Assembly: GCA_016906335.1 (NCBI GenBank)
Contig: JADEYG010000004.1
Span: 868,001-932,000 of the forward strand
Direction: 5' to 3'
DNA: 64,000 nt
Source: Novakomyces olei
Lineage: Eukaryota
The notes under the pieces were generated by a model. The model was not told the origin of the DNA. It saw only the letters and a program-made list of their open reading frames with translations, and searched no databases. A program made the position numbers and the translations under genes. Shown here in pieces: positions 39,737 to 53,088 of this stretch (position 1 is the first letter of the stretch; each line of letters begins with the position of its first letter).

Positions 39737-40563
39737 ATGTCGGGAGCAGGGCCGAGGGAGAATGTCTTCCCCACGCGAATGTAAGTAGCGGCATACACGC
39801 ATTGAAGCTAATCATGCCTAGGACGCTTACGGCAATGAAGACAAAACTAAAAGGAGCGGAAACGGGGCATTCGCTTCTTAAGCGCAAAGTTGACGCCCTT
39901 AAAACCCGCTTCCGGCAGATAACTCGCCGAATTGATGAGGCAAAACGCAAAATGGGACGCGTTTTACAAGTAGCCAGCTTCTCTTTGGCAGAAGTCGGCT
40001 ATGCTACTGGCAACGATATATCATACCAGGTTATCCAAAGTGTCAGACGCGCTCGGTTTCGGGTGCGTACGAAGCAGGAAAATGTGAGCGGTGTCTTTTT
40101 ACCCGGATTTGAAGCATACACGGAAGAATCTAGCAATGATTTTGGCTTGACCGGCCTGGGTCGTGGAGGTCAGCAGGTGCAAAAAGCTCGCGAGGTTTAT
40201 GCAAAGGCAGTGGAAACGTTGGTCGAACTGGCATCGTTGCAGACTGCATTCATTATTCTTGATGATGTCATCCGTGTCACCAATCGTCGTGTGAATGCAA
40301 TTGAGCATGTAATTATTCCGCGGACGAGCAACACTATCAAGTATATCCAATCTGAGCTCGATGAGCTTGAACGTGAAGATTTTACACGGCTTAAAAAGGT
40401 TCAGGGTAAGAAGAAAAAGGATGCAGAGGAGGCAGAAGAGCGGTATGAGTTGGAACAAAAACAGGAGTTAAGCAACCATGTCAAAGAGGGCGAACGTGGC
40501 GATGCTGCACCCCAGGGGGATATTTTGGGTGAGGCGGAGAAGGATGAAGATGTCATATTTTAA
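39737..40563 (+). CDS. VMA8: V-ATPase V1 subunit D
   Basis: RENVFPTRM|TLTAMKTKLKGAETGHSLLKRK and TNRRVNAIEHVIIPR. Intron 39781-39821. Confidence 0.96.
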
Positions 40564-41323
40564 ACGGTATTCTGCTTCTAACCCAAACGCAATCGCTTTC
40601 GTATAGTGTGGCATTAGGTACACATTGCCCCAGAACGGCGGCTTCTACCTAGGAATCTCGGTTGCTGGAGTATTTAACGCTTTATGTTGGGAGTTTCCAT
40701 TATTAAGCAACGCAGTATCTCGCAGTAATAAAGCAGTGTAATATAAATATTAAATGTATATGTCTGGTTCAGTCGTAGTCGTAACGGTGATCCAAAACAA
40801 ACTTCTTAACTCGATATTTGCCATTCTTTTTAAGACAATACGGACCAGAGCCATAAGGTCAAGAGAGCCGATACGAGTGACTATTTGTATATACACATAT
40901 AAAATTATATAAAATTATCCAGTTTTTATCAATATACCATTAAATGTGTATAAATTGTATGAATGATTACCGTCAGTGAGAACAGTAATATAAAGTGTTC
41001 TTGATTTATTATACGTCGATGGTACGTGTCTAGATTACGCATACTAAATTATAGCCAATGATCCCTGATCGAAAAGACTGCTGCAGACGCTGTAATCACA
41101 AGTTGCCCGGCTTTTAAATAGCAGCAGATCTTTTTCGACCAGCCCAGCAAAATTTGCCTCTGTGGGTAAAACATAAAACCTCAACAAGTGCCGTGGGTTA
41201 AAGTTGCAATTTCTGTTGCCGCTTTTTAGCACTGTTCGACCGGCATCTAACGGCTATACGGCTCACAGCTACGGCGATCCGGGGGAGAGGCCGTTTTCTG
41301 CTTTTCTTTTTGCAAATCTATAG

Positions 41324-43399
41324 ATGCTACAGCAGCATTTAAGCCGGCGCGGTGCTCTGAGTGCCGCGCAATTGCGGATTTTTGCTAATGGCGTAAATTC
41401 TCACTGTAAGATCTTTTCTCTCCGGCTTTAGACTAACCTTGAAAAGCCGCTGTACGTTTCGCAGGTCTGCCGCCTTTGCTGAGCAGGACGGCCTTAGTGC
41501 CATTGTCCCAGCATGTTCGGCTGAATGCGACAAAGTCCGGTGATGTGGGCAACGTTCCGGCCGTGGCTGACGAGAAGAAAGTCGAAGCTGTAAAAGAAGA
41601 CAAGAAGGTGGAAGACAAAAAGGCCAAGAATAAGCCGACGCTTGCACAAAAAATAAAGAAAGAGCTGCACCACTACTGGGATGGAACGAAACTATTGGCA
41701 CTCGAAACTCGAATTTCTTGTCGTCTTGCTTGGCGTATGATGGCAGGCTACGAATTGACTCGTCGAGAGCATCGTCAGGTATGCTTGAATTAGAAAAGAA
41801 TATTATATTTAATGAACAACAAACGAAAAATCAATCAAAAAAAATTGTGGAAAAAGACAAAGACATTCACTGCGTGAGAGGAATCAAAAAAGAAGAAGAA
41901 AAAAAAAGCAACACACAATTAAAACTAAATTGGATTACAACAACCAAAACATATCTCTCGCTATCAAATACAGCATCGACTAACAACACGTGTAGCTGCG
42001 TCGCACACTCAAAGACCTTGGCCGGCTTATCCCCTTCTCCGTCTTTGTTATTATCCCGTTCATGGAACTGTTATTGCCGTTGGCATTAAGGCTGTTCCCC
42101 AATATGCTTCCGAGCACGTACGAGGCCAGAAGCACACGGGATGCTAAGCTAGAGCAACTTCAGAGTACGCGTAAAGACGTGTCCAAATTTCTTCGGTCTA
42201 CTATCGAAGAGACAGGTCTCCCTCTGAGCAAAGCAACTCGCAACAGTGCTGAGTTTAAAAACTTTTTCCGTAAAGTGCGTACGAACGGCGAGCAGCCCTC
42301 GCACGAGGACATTGTCAAGGTGTGCAAGGCCTTTAAGGACGATGTCACACTAGACAATCTTTCAAGGCCACAGTTGGTGGCTATGTGCCGGTACATGAAC
42401 CTAAACACTTTTGGTTCGGACACGATACTGCGGTACAGTGTACGTCTTCGTATGAGGCGGATCAAGGAGGATGATAGGCAAATTGCTTATGAGGGAATTG
42501 AAAACTTGAATGTGCAAGAGTTGATTGCTGCCTGCCAGTCTCGAGGTATCCAGACTTATGCTACGAGCCCGGCCAAGTTGAGGGAAGAGCTGTCTCAGTG
42601 GCTGGACTTGCGTTTGCGGCATGGAGTCCCCTCAACGCTTCTCCTGCTTTCCAATGCTTTTACGTACGGTCACATGGCGGACCGTGTGGAAAACACGTAT
42701 GATGCACTGGCCCTAACCCTGTCTTCGCTGCCGGATCACTTGTACCATGAAACAGAACTTGAAGTCAGTACCGAGGAGGATGATAGCGAAGTGTCTAATG
42801 CACAACGGTTACAAGTGCTTCATGAACAGGAACGTCTTATCCAGGAGGAAAAGGACCGTATTGAACTGGAGAAAAAGCATGCTCAGGATAAAGCAGAGGC
42901 TACAAAGGAAGATTCTGTAAAGGAGGATGCAGATGCTGGGAAGCAAAAAGCAGAAAATGCGCAAGAATCAAAGGGCCCAAGTGCAGCCGCGGCCAAGCTG
43001 GACGAGAAACTCGAGGACGCAAAAGAGCAAGCAGCTCAACATGATGAAGCCCCGATTTCACAAAATGCTAAAGTTATAGACAGGACTCATCAAGAATCTA
43101 AATCAGCTTCAGAGTCTGATGCAGGCGAGGGCGGAGCCAAAGTACCAGATTCCAATACGGCAGCCCATTCCGAGCAGAAACCTTCACTGTCTGCATCTGC
43201 GGATGAGGCAAAGGCGGGTGAAAAGCAGAGTAAAGAGCCCACCATGGAGGAAAAAGCTTTGGCCAGCGAAGAGGAGAATGTCGAGGATGTAGTGAAGCAT
43301 GCGACTCCAGAAGACGATGAAGCAGCTGACGAGAAGGAGGATGAAAAGGCCAGGCTTGCTTGGGAGCGTGCACAAAGGGAGCGAGAACTCAATAATTAG
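41324..43399 (+). CDS. MDM38: LETM1/Mdm38 mitochondrial inner membrane protein
   Basis: KKELHHYWDGTKLL, LTRREHRQ, FPNMLPSTY and LDNLSRPQLVAMCRYM motifs. Presequence-like exon 1. Confidence 0.93.
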
Positions 43400-43791
43400 G
43401 GCGAGATAAAATCCATTTAAATTCATTTTATATCATTTCTTTATCTCAACTTTTGGGTGCGCGCTTGTGTATAGCGCGGCATTAAAATTTACTACTCATG
43501 TTCCAGCCAAAACCTGCTCTGTGGTTTTGTCATTTATATTTATATAGTATATTATTCATGATTTTAATAATATATATAATTAAATATACTGTGCACGCCT
43601 AATTGAGCCATAGTTGCAAATATACAAAGGAAAGAATTCATAAAAAAAAGGCATTTGCTGCTCTCGAATTCCCCAAGACCAGCCCTTGTATTTTGGGTAA
43701 ACTAGCACGATTTTCCAGTATATATATACACATTATCCTATTCAAATGTACGCTTGGCAGCTTCACAAATAAGCTTGACAAATGTACTGAT

Positions 43792-44503
43792 CTAGTCTAG
43801 TTTCTCTGTAACCAGCGCATCTAATTGCGGCCATATAATATCACTGCTCGTTAGTATAAACCATGAATCGGGTTCCAGCAAACCTTGTATCCCCTGAAAC
43901 AGAGGCAAGAATGCCTTGCCGGCCGTAATACTGGACAAGAGGCTCTGTATCGTTATGATATACAGCCAAACGCCGTCTAACCGTGTCTGGCGAGTCGTCC
44001 AGGCGCCTTTCCAATGGTTCACCAGAAATATCATCGATTCCAGGCGTTTTTGGAGGGTTATAAGAGCTGTTGTAGACTCGGCCCGACGCAACATGAATCC
44101 ATCGCTCAGCGATTCGATCAATTATAGCACTTTCGGGTACGACTAATTGTACGACAAGGTTAATGGGACAGTGAGAAGGCTCCAACATTTTATCGAGGCC
44201 TCGTGCCTGAGGCAGACTGCGCGGGAATCCATCCAGCAGCCATGACTGGCAATTGCTCAGCCACCCTCGAGACCGCATTTGCTCCTCCATTGCGGCTAAA
44301 ACATCGGCATCGTTTAGCAAACGGCCTGCTGCTATTGCTTCAGCCGCTCTTTGGCCTTGAGCACTGTTTTTACGAATCTCTGCGCGCAGCATGTCTCCCG
44401 AAGATAACGCCTCGAGGCTGCCCGCATGCCGTTGTAGTAGACGTTTTGTCAGTGTGCCTTTGCCAGCGCCTGGAGCTCCTAATAAAAGGAGCCGAACTCC
44501 CAT
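43792..44503 (-). CDS. ADK2: GTP:AMP phosphotransferase (AK3/Adk2-type adenylate kinase)
   Basis: GAPGAGKGT, WLLDGFPR, RWIHVASGRVYN and spliced GDTSDIIWP. Confidence 0.9.
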
Positions 44504-44726
44504 CGGCAGCGAGTTGTGGGGTGTATACCGCCAAAGTATTTAATATTATTTATTTAATATTATTTATTTAATTATTATTCATATTATTCATATCATTCAT
44601 ATTATTCATATTAATGTTCCATTTATTATAGGCCGTCATTGACGCGAATAAACAAGTATTGTAATTCTTATTACTGCCATTAACGGCGCTGTGTCCAGAG
44701 TCATTTTGGCAAAGCTCTGAACCGAG

Positions 44727-45362
44727 ATGGCAAAGCCACTTGATTTGTACAATGCGGCAGAGCTCAAACAGTCTCTGGATCAGACTATAGCTCCGGTACG
44801 TTATACCTCTTTTGTTCACCGTGTGGTTCTAACGTTATAGCTGCTTGAGCGAATGGGCTATCATCAGTCATACAGGGCAACAGACATTCGTATTGCAATC
44901 TCGAGTATAGCGGCGCTGACTGGCGCAATTACATTTTACCAAGAGTACGCGTACGGGTACGGAGCAATTCGTGCCTGGCTAGTGCCTGCGTGCGCTCTGT
45001 ATTTTGCTTGTCAATTGGCTCTTTATTTCTACACTGAAAACAGCCTTGTCTTTGCCGGAAACTTGGGTGAATTGTCGTTGCGCGTACGGAGCGATATGAG
45101 GACGCACGAGCCTTTCTACCGACTGCACGTCTGTGTTACGCGGCCAACTGGCGTCAGCCATTTACACGCTGTGGAAAGCGTATCGCGATGGTTTACAGAT
45201 AAAGGAGAAAAACTCGATGTTGAGTTTGGTGACTATGTCGAGGCAGTCGTACAGAGAACAATTGACCAAGACGCGCCTCCACAGCCATTAGCTGTGTCGC
45301 CTCTCAATGATAAGCCTGCGAAAAGGCCTGCTAAAAGAGCAAAGAAGCAGGCAGATAAATAA
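44727..45362 (+). CDS. SPC2: Signal peptidase complex subunit Spc2
   Basis: LYNAAELKQSLD|...GYHQSY..TDIRI, two TMs and RWFTDKG. Confidence 0.82.
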
Positions 45363-45646
45363 ATGAATAGTCTAGGTATATTTGACGTTGCTGCTTGCCA
45401 AAAGAATTGGCAGAAATATATACTCGCAGCTTTCCCGGGTCTATGGTACCTCTACTATGAATGGCATTTGCATATTCGCATAGTGTACAAATGCTACACG
45501 GTGATGTTTCTTGATTCCTCCTACACTTCTCTACAAGATCTAGATAGAATGGCTGCCCAGCACGGATTTTAGTTGGCATTAAAAGCTTATATTAACTGTT
45601 TACAATCTCTAGACCTTCATTCTCTTGACCATTGGCAACAAGAAGT

Positions 45647-46376
45647 CTAGTTCAGGCCATGCTCCTTCCTGTAGGCGTTGGCATACTCCCTAATCTTGTG
45701 CGAAAAAGGCTGTTTTGGCTGAAACGTACTCGTATCGTACGTGTAGCCGACAATGTTCAAAAGGGGAGAATTGTTGTCAATCATTCTTACTTGTTAGTAC
45801 GTCAGTTGTGTAGATAACCTTACTCTGGGTTAATGGGACGGTATATGTTGTAAGCGCCTTGGCTGGCCCACAGCTCGTTCTCATAGGCGGCCAGCTTTGT
45901 CAAATAATACTGCTTTGCCTTGAAATCAAGCCAGTCCTTATTTCGTGGTCCGTTTTCGTACGGCGAGTAGCGCTGAGCCACAGTTTTTCCATCATAGTAC
46001 TTGTCAGCCACCAGCTGGTCTACTTGTACCAAAGTCAAAGCTCCGCCCACAAAAACGGCTACTCTGCCCCAAAAGGACGGGTTGAAGCCTAAACACAGTC
46101 AGAAACTTGCTTGACTATTTCAATTGAGTAAGCCCGTGCTTGATTTTCTTTCGCCTTTTTTACAAGATTCCATAGCTTTACTCGGTCTCTTCGTAGTCTC
46201 TCGCACTTACCCTCGTTCTCGTTCCCGGAGGGAGGCGTCCACGACCCGTGGTGGTCTTCACCATGATGTTCGGCATGTTCGGCTTCGGCCGAGTAATGTG
46301 CGCGTGATGCAATTGCAGGAAATTTTCGACCGATGGCCGCTCGGCGGCAAGAGCCGCTGACGAGTGACCTCAGCAT
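45647..46376 (-). CDS. Complex I accessory subunit, 17.8 kDa type (tentative)
   Basis: Mitochondrial presequence, His-rich stretch, single TM and PEMIDNNSPL tail. 3 exons. Confidence 0.65.
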
Positions 46377-46917
46377 TGTCTGATCGGATCAGCGTTGGTG
46401 GACCGAATAAATTGTGCCAGTATAGGTGTTTTACTATGGATGCCGCTCGTGATTATACTGTCGATTTTACAGGCTGAACAGCTGTAAGAATATACTGCTT
46501 AGTAAAGCCAATAAAATAATAACAATTATTATTATTATTATTCTTATTATCGTAAGTATCAGAATGATATAAACCCTAACCCTTTCTGTTTTTGCAGAAT
46601 CGTTCGAGTGGTGTCCCTTGAATTAGAACAAACCTAGAATTGAAGCGCTCATATCCAGATGACTCAATCTTTTTTCGTCTAATATCGTTGCTGCGCGATA
46701 TTACGCTTATTTTTATTGACGCATACGTGTAGTCAAACGATCCCTTTTCGGGGCAGTCTACTAAAAATACTAAATTATTGTTATTTGTTCATGATCAATT
46801 AAACTCGTAATACTTTAGGTAATATGAAACGCGTGAAATTCGTAATCTGTTAATACATAACACTAAAACATATATGGTATAGTTCGTTTTAAGACCTTCA
46901 GATATCATTAATCTTGG

Positions 46918-49151
46918 CTAGTCCGTTTTTGAGCGTTTTACGCGATGCAACCGATGCCAGATACGGAGTAAAGTCCATAGATAAACTTCGATAAAGGAAG
47001 CGCACGAGACAATTACGTTCAGCACAACGTATAAGTCTGGTCTGTGTGCAGGTAGGGGCCTTAATATTTCAAGCAGATGAATAACAGCTGCAGAAGCGTA
47101 CGATAGGAAAACCCCAGCAGAAGCAAATCGTGACTGGGGCAATCGCCAAAGTGAGCCGAGCCAAGACCATCCGAAAAGACACACAAAATATTGCAAAATC
47201 AATCCATCGCGCTTTAATAAAGGCCACATGCTATTGAAGTTAGGTAAATATTGAGCTAGTTATGAGAGACAATAACATGCAATTTAATGCAGGACACTGT
47301 CGGTCCAGAGAATAAGTCAATCATTGCTGGAACAAAAGCAAAAGATAAAAGCTATAATCACAGATAAATCGACAGGAATCAAAATCACTTGAAGAAATGT
47401 ATGTTCGTTTCATACCTAAACAAGCCCATATTGTTAGCAAACCCGACCCAAGCAATCGTGTTGTCATTCCCGTCTGCGAGCATAAGTGTCACAGGTAGCA
47501 AAGGCAGAAGAATGCTCTTTTCATGCACTTGAAACGAGAAAAGGAAAAATGCATAAGCGCAAGATGCAAAACATAGGGGAATCAGCGCCCTTGATGGTCG
47601 CATAAAGGCGCAGTAGCATGCAGGAAGCATGCCTACAAAAGTTGCGAGCAAACTAGAATTAGAATACAATGCATTTAATTATTAAAAATGCAAATAAGAC
47701 GAAAACAAAAATAAAATAAAACTGAATTAAATTAGATTGAACATAAAAAATTAAATAAAATATCAATGCGCTAATGTATAAATACGTACCTAATCAACTT
47801 AAGCTGAGTCAGGCTGAGCATTTGTCTTAGCTTGATGACCACATTCAGTGCGCACCAAACATTAGCGACTTTATCTTCATAGAGGCCACGTTCAAAAGGA
47901 AACATGCGGTAGACGACCTGACGGATACCTCGAAAACCATCAAACCAGAAGAAAGGTCCGAATACAAACGCAAACGTGGCAACAGTAGCCAGAGCAATAC
48001 TAAGAAAGCGAGCTAATCGCAGGCCAGCGCCATCGATAGATACGCCAAGCAAGTAAGCAAACACTACGGGTGCATAGTAAAGTGCCATTTGCTTGAAGGA
48101 AATAGCCAATACGAAAATAATAGCACTCATTGCATACGTAGTATCACATAAATTGCATATAGTGCTGAGAACAAGGCCGAGCATTATGTTGTTATACTGA
48201 AAATGCCCATGGTCAACTAGTATTAAAGCTGGCTGCTGTATGATCAGAGCCACACTACTGGCAAAGCGAATAAGGTCGAATTTTTTCCGAAGCCAGCAGT
48301 ATCTGCAATACCACAATATTCCGGGAATGTAAAGCAACGCCTCAGAAATAATAACAGACCAGCGCATAAACAGTTTCAGTTCCGGTGTTTCTAGGCCGCG
48401 CGAAGATTCAAGCGCAATCCAGGCCGGGTTGATCATGTGGGCCCTGTTTACAGTTAGATGAGCCTCGAGATGAGAAGCGTAGAGGTAAGGATGTTGTTTA
48501 AAGACAAAATTAGAACCGACAATCGTAAATTAAATAAAAGAATATTTAAAGGACGCGATCGCTAATAGAATATCATAAAAAGCATTCAGCAGAATAGTAA
48601 AAGGCTTCGAGTAGTCCGACAAGCGACAAGGAACGTCACGTAACAACAATGAGACATTCGAAAATCCATTGCATAAGCAAGTCTCTATATCGAAATAAAA
48701 ATGAATAAATAAAAAAAGGTAAAAATAGTAAAAAAAAGACGATGAATAAAAGTCGACGAGCAAGAGCAAAACATACACTTCACCACAAATCCATGAGGTA
48801 TACGCAGTCAGCGGCGGATAGTCGAGTCCCCAATACTGTAAGTCGAAATGATACCACACAGGCAGAGGCAACCAGTAAGTAATTTCCATCCAATGCCGCT
48901 GCGCTTCAAAATCGCCATACATTGGCGGCCGACCCTGGCCTTTTTGGAATTGTTAGACTCCTTTCTTTTCCGTAACAAATAAGCTGCTTACCGGAGTAGG
49001 GACCCAATGAAACGCACCAGCGCACGAGAAACGATATTCCTAGCAGACATGGCAAAAGCAAGTATCGAAGAGCAGGTTCGCGAAAAGGCTGTAGCAATAA
49101 TGCAATGGGCGTGCCATCAAAGACCTTTTCCTCCCCGCGCCGCCGAATCAT
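46918..49151 (-). CDS. ALG6: Dolichyl-P-Glc alpha-1,3-glucosyltransferase Alg6
   Basis: [55 protein letters not shown] and [11 protein letters not shown] motifs. Confidence 0.96.
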
Positions 49152-49214
49152 CAGTGGGGGTTATATAAAATAACAATAAATTGACTATATTGTCATATAA
49201 TGCAGCTTTTATTC

Positions 49215-49216
49215 AT

Positions 49217-49267
<51 letters not shown>

Positions 49268-49272
49268 TTTTA
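49215..49272. repeat. (TTTA)n microsatellite in the ALG6/SPC3 divergent promoter
   Basis: Directly visible. Confidence 0.95.
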
Positions 49273-49361
49273 TTTTGTTATTTTATTAATTTTCATTTTT
49301 ATTATATTGTATTATATTGCATTTAAATGACAGAGTTCATAATTTGTTTTCCTCATAGACA

Positions 49362-50054
49362 ATGCACTCAGTATTAGCTCGCGCTAATGGCGTGTTTGGA
49401 GTGTTTAGCAGTGCAGTATTGTTCTTGATGCTTATTGTTGCAGCATCTAGTGCTTTGCTAAGGTCTGGACCTATCTCGCCGGCCATTGTTTCACCTCAGG
49501 ATGTCCAGGTGTAAGAGTGTTTTATGGAGTGAGACTAACTGTATAAAGCAAGTTTGGCCGCATTGCAGGCGCGTTTCGAGGCAAAAGCCAAGAATACGCT
49601 TTCGTCACTTTTGACGTGGACGCTGATTTACGGCCTCTTTTCCATTGGAACACAAAACAAATTTTTGCCTATATCGTTGCGGAATACGCTTCACCACAAT
49701 ATGTAAGGATCAAACAAAAATAACGAAAAACGACAGTGAAACGGCTTTAAAGCCTGTCTTTTGCCCTAGCACTATAAATTCGATCCATATACTAAGTTTA
49801 AGGAATCAAACACCGTCACTATATGGGACCGGGTAATTACGAAGCGTGATGAAGCTCGTTTACGTCTCAAAAATGTCCGTGGACAGCAGGCAGCTCATCC
49901 CTTTAACGAGGCTTCCGGAAGCAGTTTTCAAGATCTGAATGCTACTTTATCCCTTTACTGGAACGTAATGCCACACGTGGGTTTGCTCGACTGGGGTCAT
50001 GGCCCACGCAGCGAGCCTTTCAAGTTTCCTGCTAGTACGCGTGCCAATGCGTAA
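49362..50054 (+). CDS. SPC3: Signal peptidase complex subunit Spc3 (absent from the ORF track)
   Basis: MHSVLARAN, FDVDADLRPLFHWNTKQIFAYIVAEY, VTIWD and WNVMPHVG motifs. 2 introns. Confidence 0.92.
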
Positions 50055-50319
50055 ATTTATACCCGATCAGCTTCATGAAGTACACATATACATGATGGTG
50101 AAAACACGTCTAGCTTTATAGTTTAAAGTCAAAATGAAAAGTAGTGGACCTGTGATAGATATTGAACTGCAATACATATTCTACAAAGTCTTTATGGTTT
50201 ATTCATATTATGGTTTCTTTTTCGGCGAGCATTGTCGCTTACCGACTGGGGTGTTGCAATAAAAGGCATGTCCTGACAATCTTGCCACGATCAATACTCG
50301 TTTCCACCTTGATATTGAA

Positions 50320-51327
50320 TTACATAAAATCATCTTCGTCCCAATTATTTCCACCACGCATTGCATCGTCTGTGAATAGATCTGCGTACCCGCGTTGCTT
50401 TGCCTCTGCTGCTGCCCGATGCTCCGCTGCCACACTTTCTTCCTCTTGTTTCTATTTACGTTAATACGACAACTGATTACAGGGAAGAAAGATTCAGAAT
50501 TTGTGAAATTTTGTAACAAGACCAAACCCAGACAATTCTCAAATTGACAGAAGAAAAGAAAAAAAAAGGCAAACGATTGAATATCAATTGCCAAGAAAAG
50601 TAATGGCATGGGCAATCCAATTTTGAAATAATTAAAATATAATGCTTACCCTTTTCCACTGCTCCTGCTTTAACCGAGCTCTTACATTGCGGTCGTGTTC
50701 CATTCTCTCTGCCACCAAATCGGGCTGTCGCTCTACGCGAGTCTTGTTCAGCCGATTTACGATAGCATTTTCCCTTTTGGCGATAAATATCTTTTTAACC
50801 TATCCAGTATTAAAAACGAGTTTACAGGTACACGCTTGCCATCTTGGGCTTATGAAACCCGACTTGCCCAGTCTGCATATCGCCTGTCTTCATCAGGTTC
50901 GACCTGCAATGTTTAGCAAAGAACAAACAGAGGCAGATTTAACGAGATAACAGGATAATTCATATAAAGAGGCATTCAAATGATATTAAATCTCGTACCA
51001 TGGCGTGTATATAACCGTGATGTTATCCTTTTTATTGCCTTCAATAGAATTGGCTTTTGTTAATTGAGCACAATCTATCAAAGCATGCTGCGCGATCTGC
51101 TCCCAGTCTGTTTCGCCCTCTGTATCTGGCATGCGTAAATACACATGCGCAGAAGACAAATTGTCCACGTGGAACCATACGTCCGTCTCCCATCCGTACT
51201 TGATCAGGCTTTCGTCTTTTCTATAAATCAATCTGGCGTGATGAAACTTACTCTCTTCTTTATTCTTGCCCATATATATTTGCACTGGCTCCGCGCCATC
51301 TTGACGACTTGTAAAGTAGTATACCAT
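50320..51327 (-). CDS. CCDC25/Jlp2-like NFACT-R (DUF814) protein
   Basis: [46 protein letters not shown] and a DDFM end. Confidence 0.9.
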
Positions 51328-52014
51328 TTTCAAAAAGTACTGGTAAAACTGCAATTGGCCTCCCGACCAAGAGTCTAAAGCATGAATACTCTATCGAAGC
51401 AGCTGTACCGTAAACCGCTACCACCGAACAGCTCTCGCTGCCTCTTGTAAATATTATTCTTATATTAGGCATGTGCAGTCATATTAACGGTATAGTGTCA
51501 TCTCAATATCCGGAACGGGTAATTAATACCCAATTATTCTGCTACGAATAACGCTGTACTAACATATGTCTATGGGCCACAGAAAGATAACCCTAACCCT
51601 AAATTTCCAACCACAACCAGCTCTCTAGCTTACAATAGACAAAGGCAATGCTTCTCTATTCTGTTGCTGGACGTCTGCAGCGAGTATATCAGAAAATGCT
51701 TGAATGTTACCTCGACCTTACAGAACTGCCATGAATTAATTGATGCTGGTGTATAGCCGAAAATAAGTATCCGCCACTAGACACAAAAGCAAAGCAGCAA
51801 GCATAAAAATATTAAAAATTGACACTAAATATTGAAGGTTTAAGTACTCTTATTAAAGCTAGCGTACAAAAAGCCAACGACTATTTAAAGCACAAAAACC
51901 GTAAATACAGAGCAAATACACAACCACCAAAGTCAATGAGAGCCAAAACTTCCAAACAAGCACTGAAAAAATAACAACACCTGGTAAGCCCCGCCATTGG
52001 CGGTTGTGAACATC

Positions 52015-52899
52015 TCAGGCAGTATCGACTTTCTTTACAAGCTTCTCCGAGGCGTCCATAAACTGTTGCACAAGAGAATCGGTAAATTTCGAGGGTATAA
52101 TAGCATTGCCCTTGCTATCAAACATTGCACCGCTGTGGTTCTCAATATCGGGAGAAACTAAGAGCGGCAGCATTCGCTTCGCATAAGTCTCTGCACTCTG
52201 GCAAAAGAACCCGACCCCCCATTCAACGACTGTCGAGAGCCATGAGCTTTCTCCAAGATAATTGTTCCGTATATTCGTCTTGATCAGACCTGGATTCAAT
52301 CCATAGACATCCAGGTCTGAAAATTTCGTCTTTGCCCCCAGAGTTAAGGCCTCATTGGCTGCGACTGTGTTCATGTGCGTTGTCAAAGCCTTGTATGGCT
52401 CTTTGTCGGAATTCAAATCTTCAGGATTTCCGAGCTGGCCAGCGCCAGGATATGCCATTACAAACACTCGAGGCTTGAAACTTTTTTCGCTCCTTTTGAC
52501 ACCCAATTTTGGAGCAATTTCATTGAGAATTACGTATCGGCTCAAGTAGCTCACCGCCATATCTTTCTCAAGACCCTCCTCTGTCGTCTGTCGCTTGGGG
52601 GAGGCAAAAATACCATTGGTAAATATTACGATATCCGTATTCTCAACATCGAGCTCTTTGCCTACGCGTTGCGCGTCCTTGACAAGGCTTAAATCGGCTT
52701 TAAGAAAGTCGATCCCCTTGGTGTTGGCATCGCGAAAGGTTTGGCCGACCACTGTGACTTTTGCACCTCTCGAGGCAAAATCACGTGAAATTGCTTGTCC
52801 CAGTCCGCCTGTGCCTCCAATGACGATAGCTTTGAGGGCGGAAAGTTTGAGTGACTCGGGGTCTTTGCGGGTCCAGTTGATAGAGTTGTCGCGCGCCAT
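52015..52899 (-). CDS. Atypical short-chain dehydrogenase/reductase, intronless
   Basis: VIGGTGGLG Rossmann motif, ADLS, AVSYLSR and GLNPGLIKT. No clear YxxxK motif. Confidence 0.85.
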   Translation of the reverse strand: MARDNSINWTRKDPESLKLSALKAIVIGGTGGLGQAISRDFASRGAKVTVVGQTFRDANTKGIDFLKADLSLVKDAQRVGKELDVENTDIVIFTNGIFASPKRQTTEEGLEKDMAVSYLSRYVILNEIAPKLGVKRSEKSFKPRVFVMAYPGAGQLGNPEDLNSDKEPYKALTTHMNTVAANEALTLGAKTKFSDLDVYGLNPGLIKTNIRNNYLGESSWLSTVVEWGVGFFCQSAETYAKRMLPLLVSPDIENHSGAMFDSKGNAIIPSKFTDSLVQQFMDASEKLVKKVDTA

Positions 52900-53038
52900 A
52901 ATCAGGATGTTGCGAGTGCCTTACTGTGTTTGAGACGAGTTTGCGGAGCAATTATATTCTGTCGTCAGTTGCCCCATATATATTTGGCAGACGTAATCAA
53001 TCCTTGAATTTGCCCGAAATGGATAATCAGATCGAAGC

Positions 53039-53088
53039 TGAGTCACGTGCGCTTTCGCTTTAGGTTTATTAGTAATTACTATTAGTAA
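53039..53088. promoter_or_regulatory. Cluster of bZIP/bHLH-type sites upstream of the SDR
   Basis: TGAGTCA at 53039-45, CACGTG at 53044-49, and TTAGTAA at 53069-75 and 53082-88. Confidence 0.4.
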
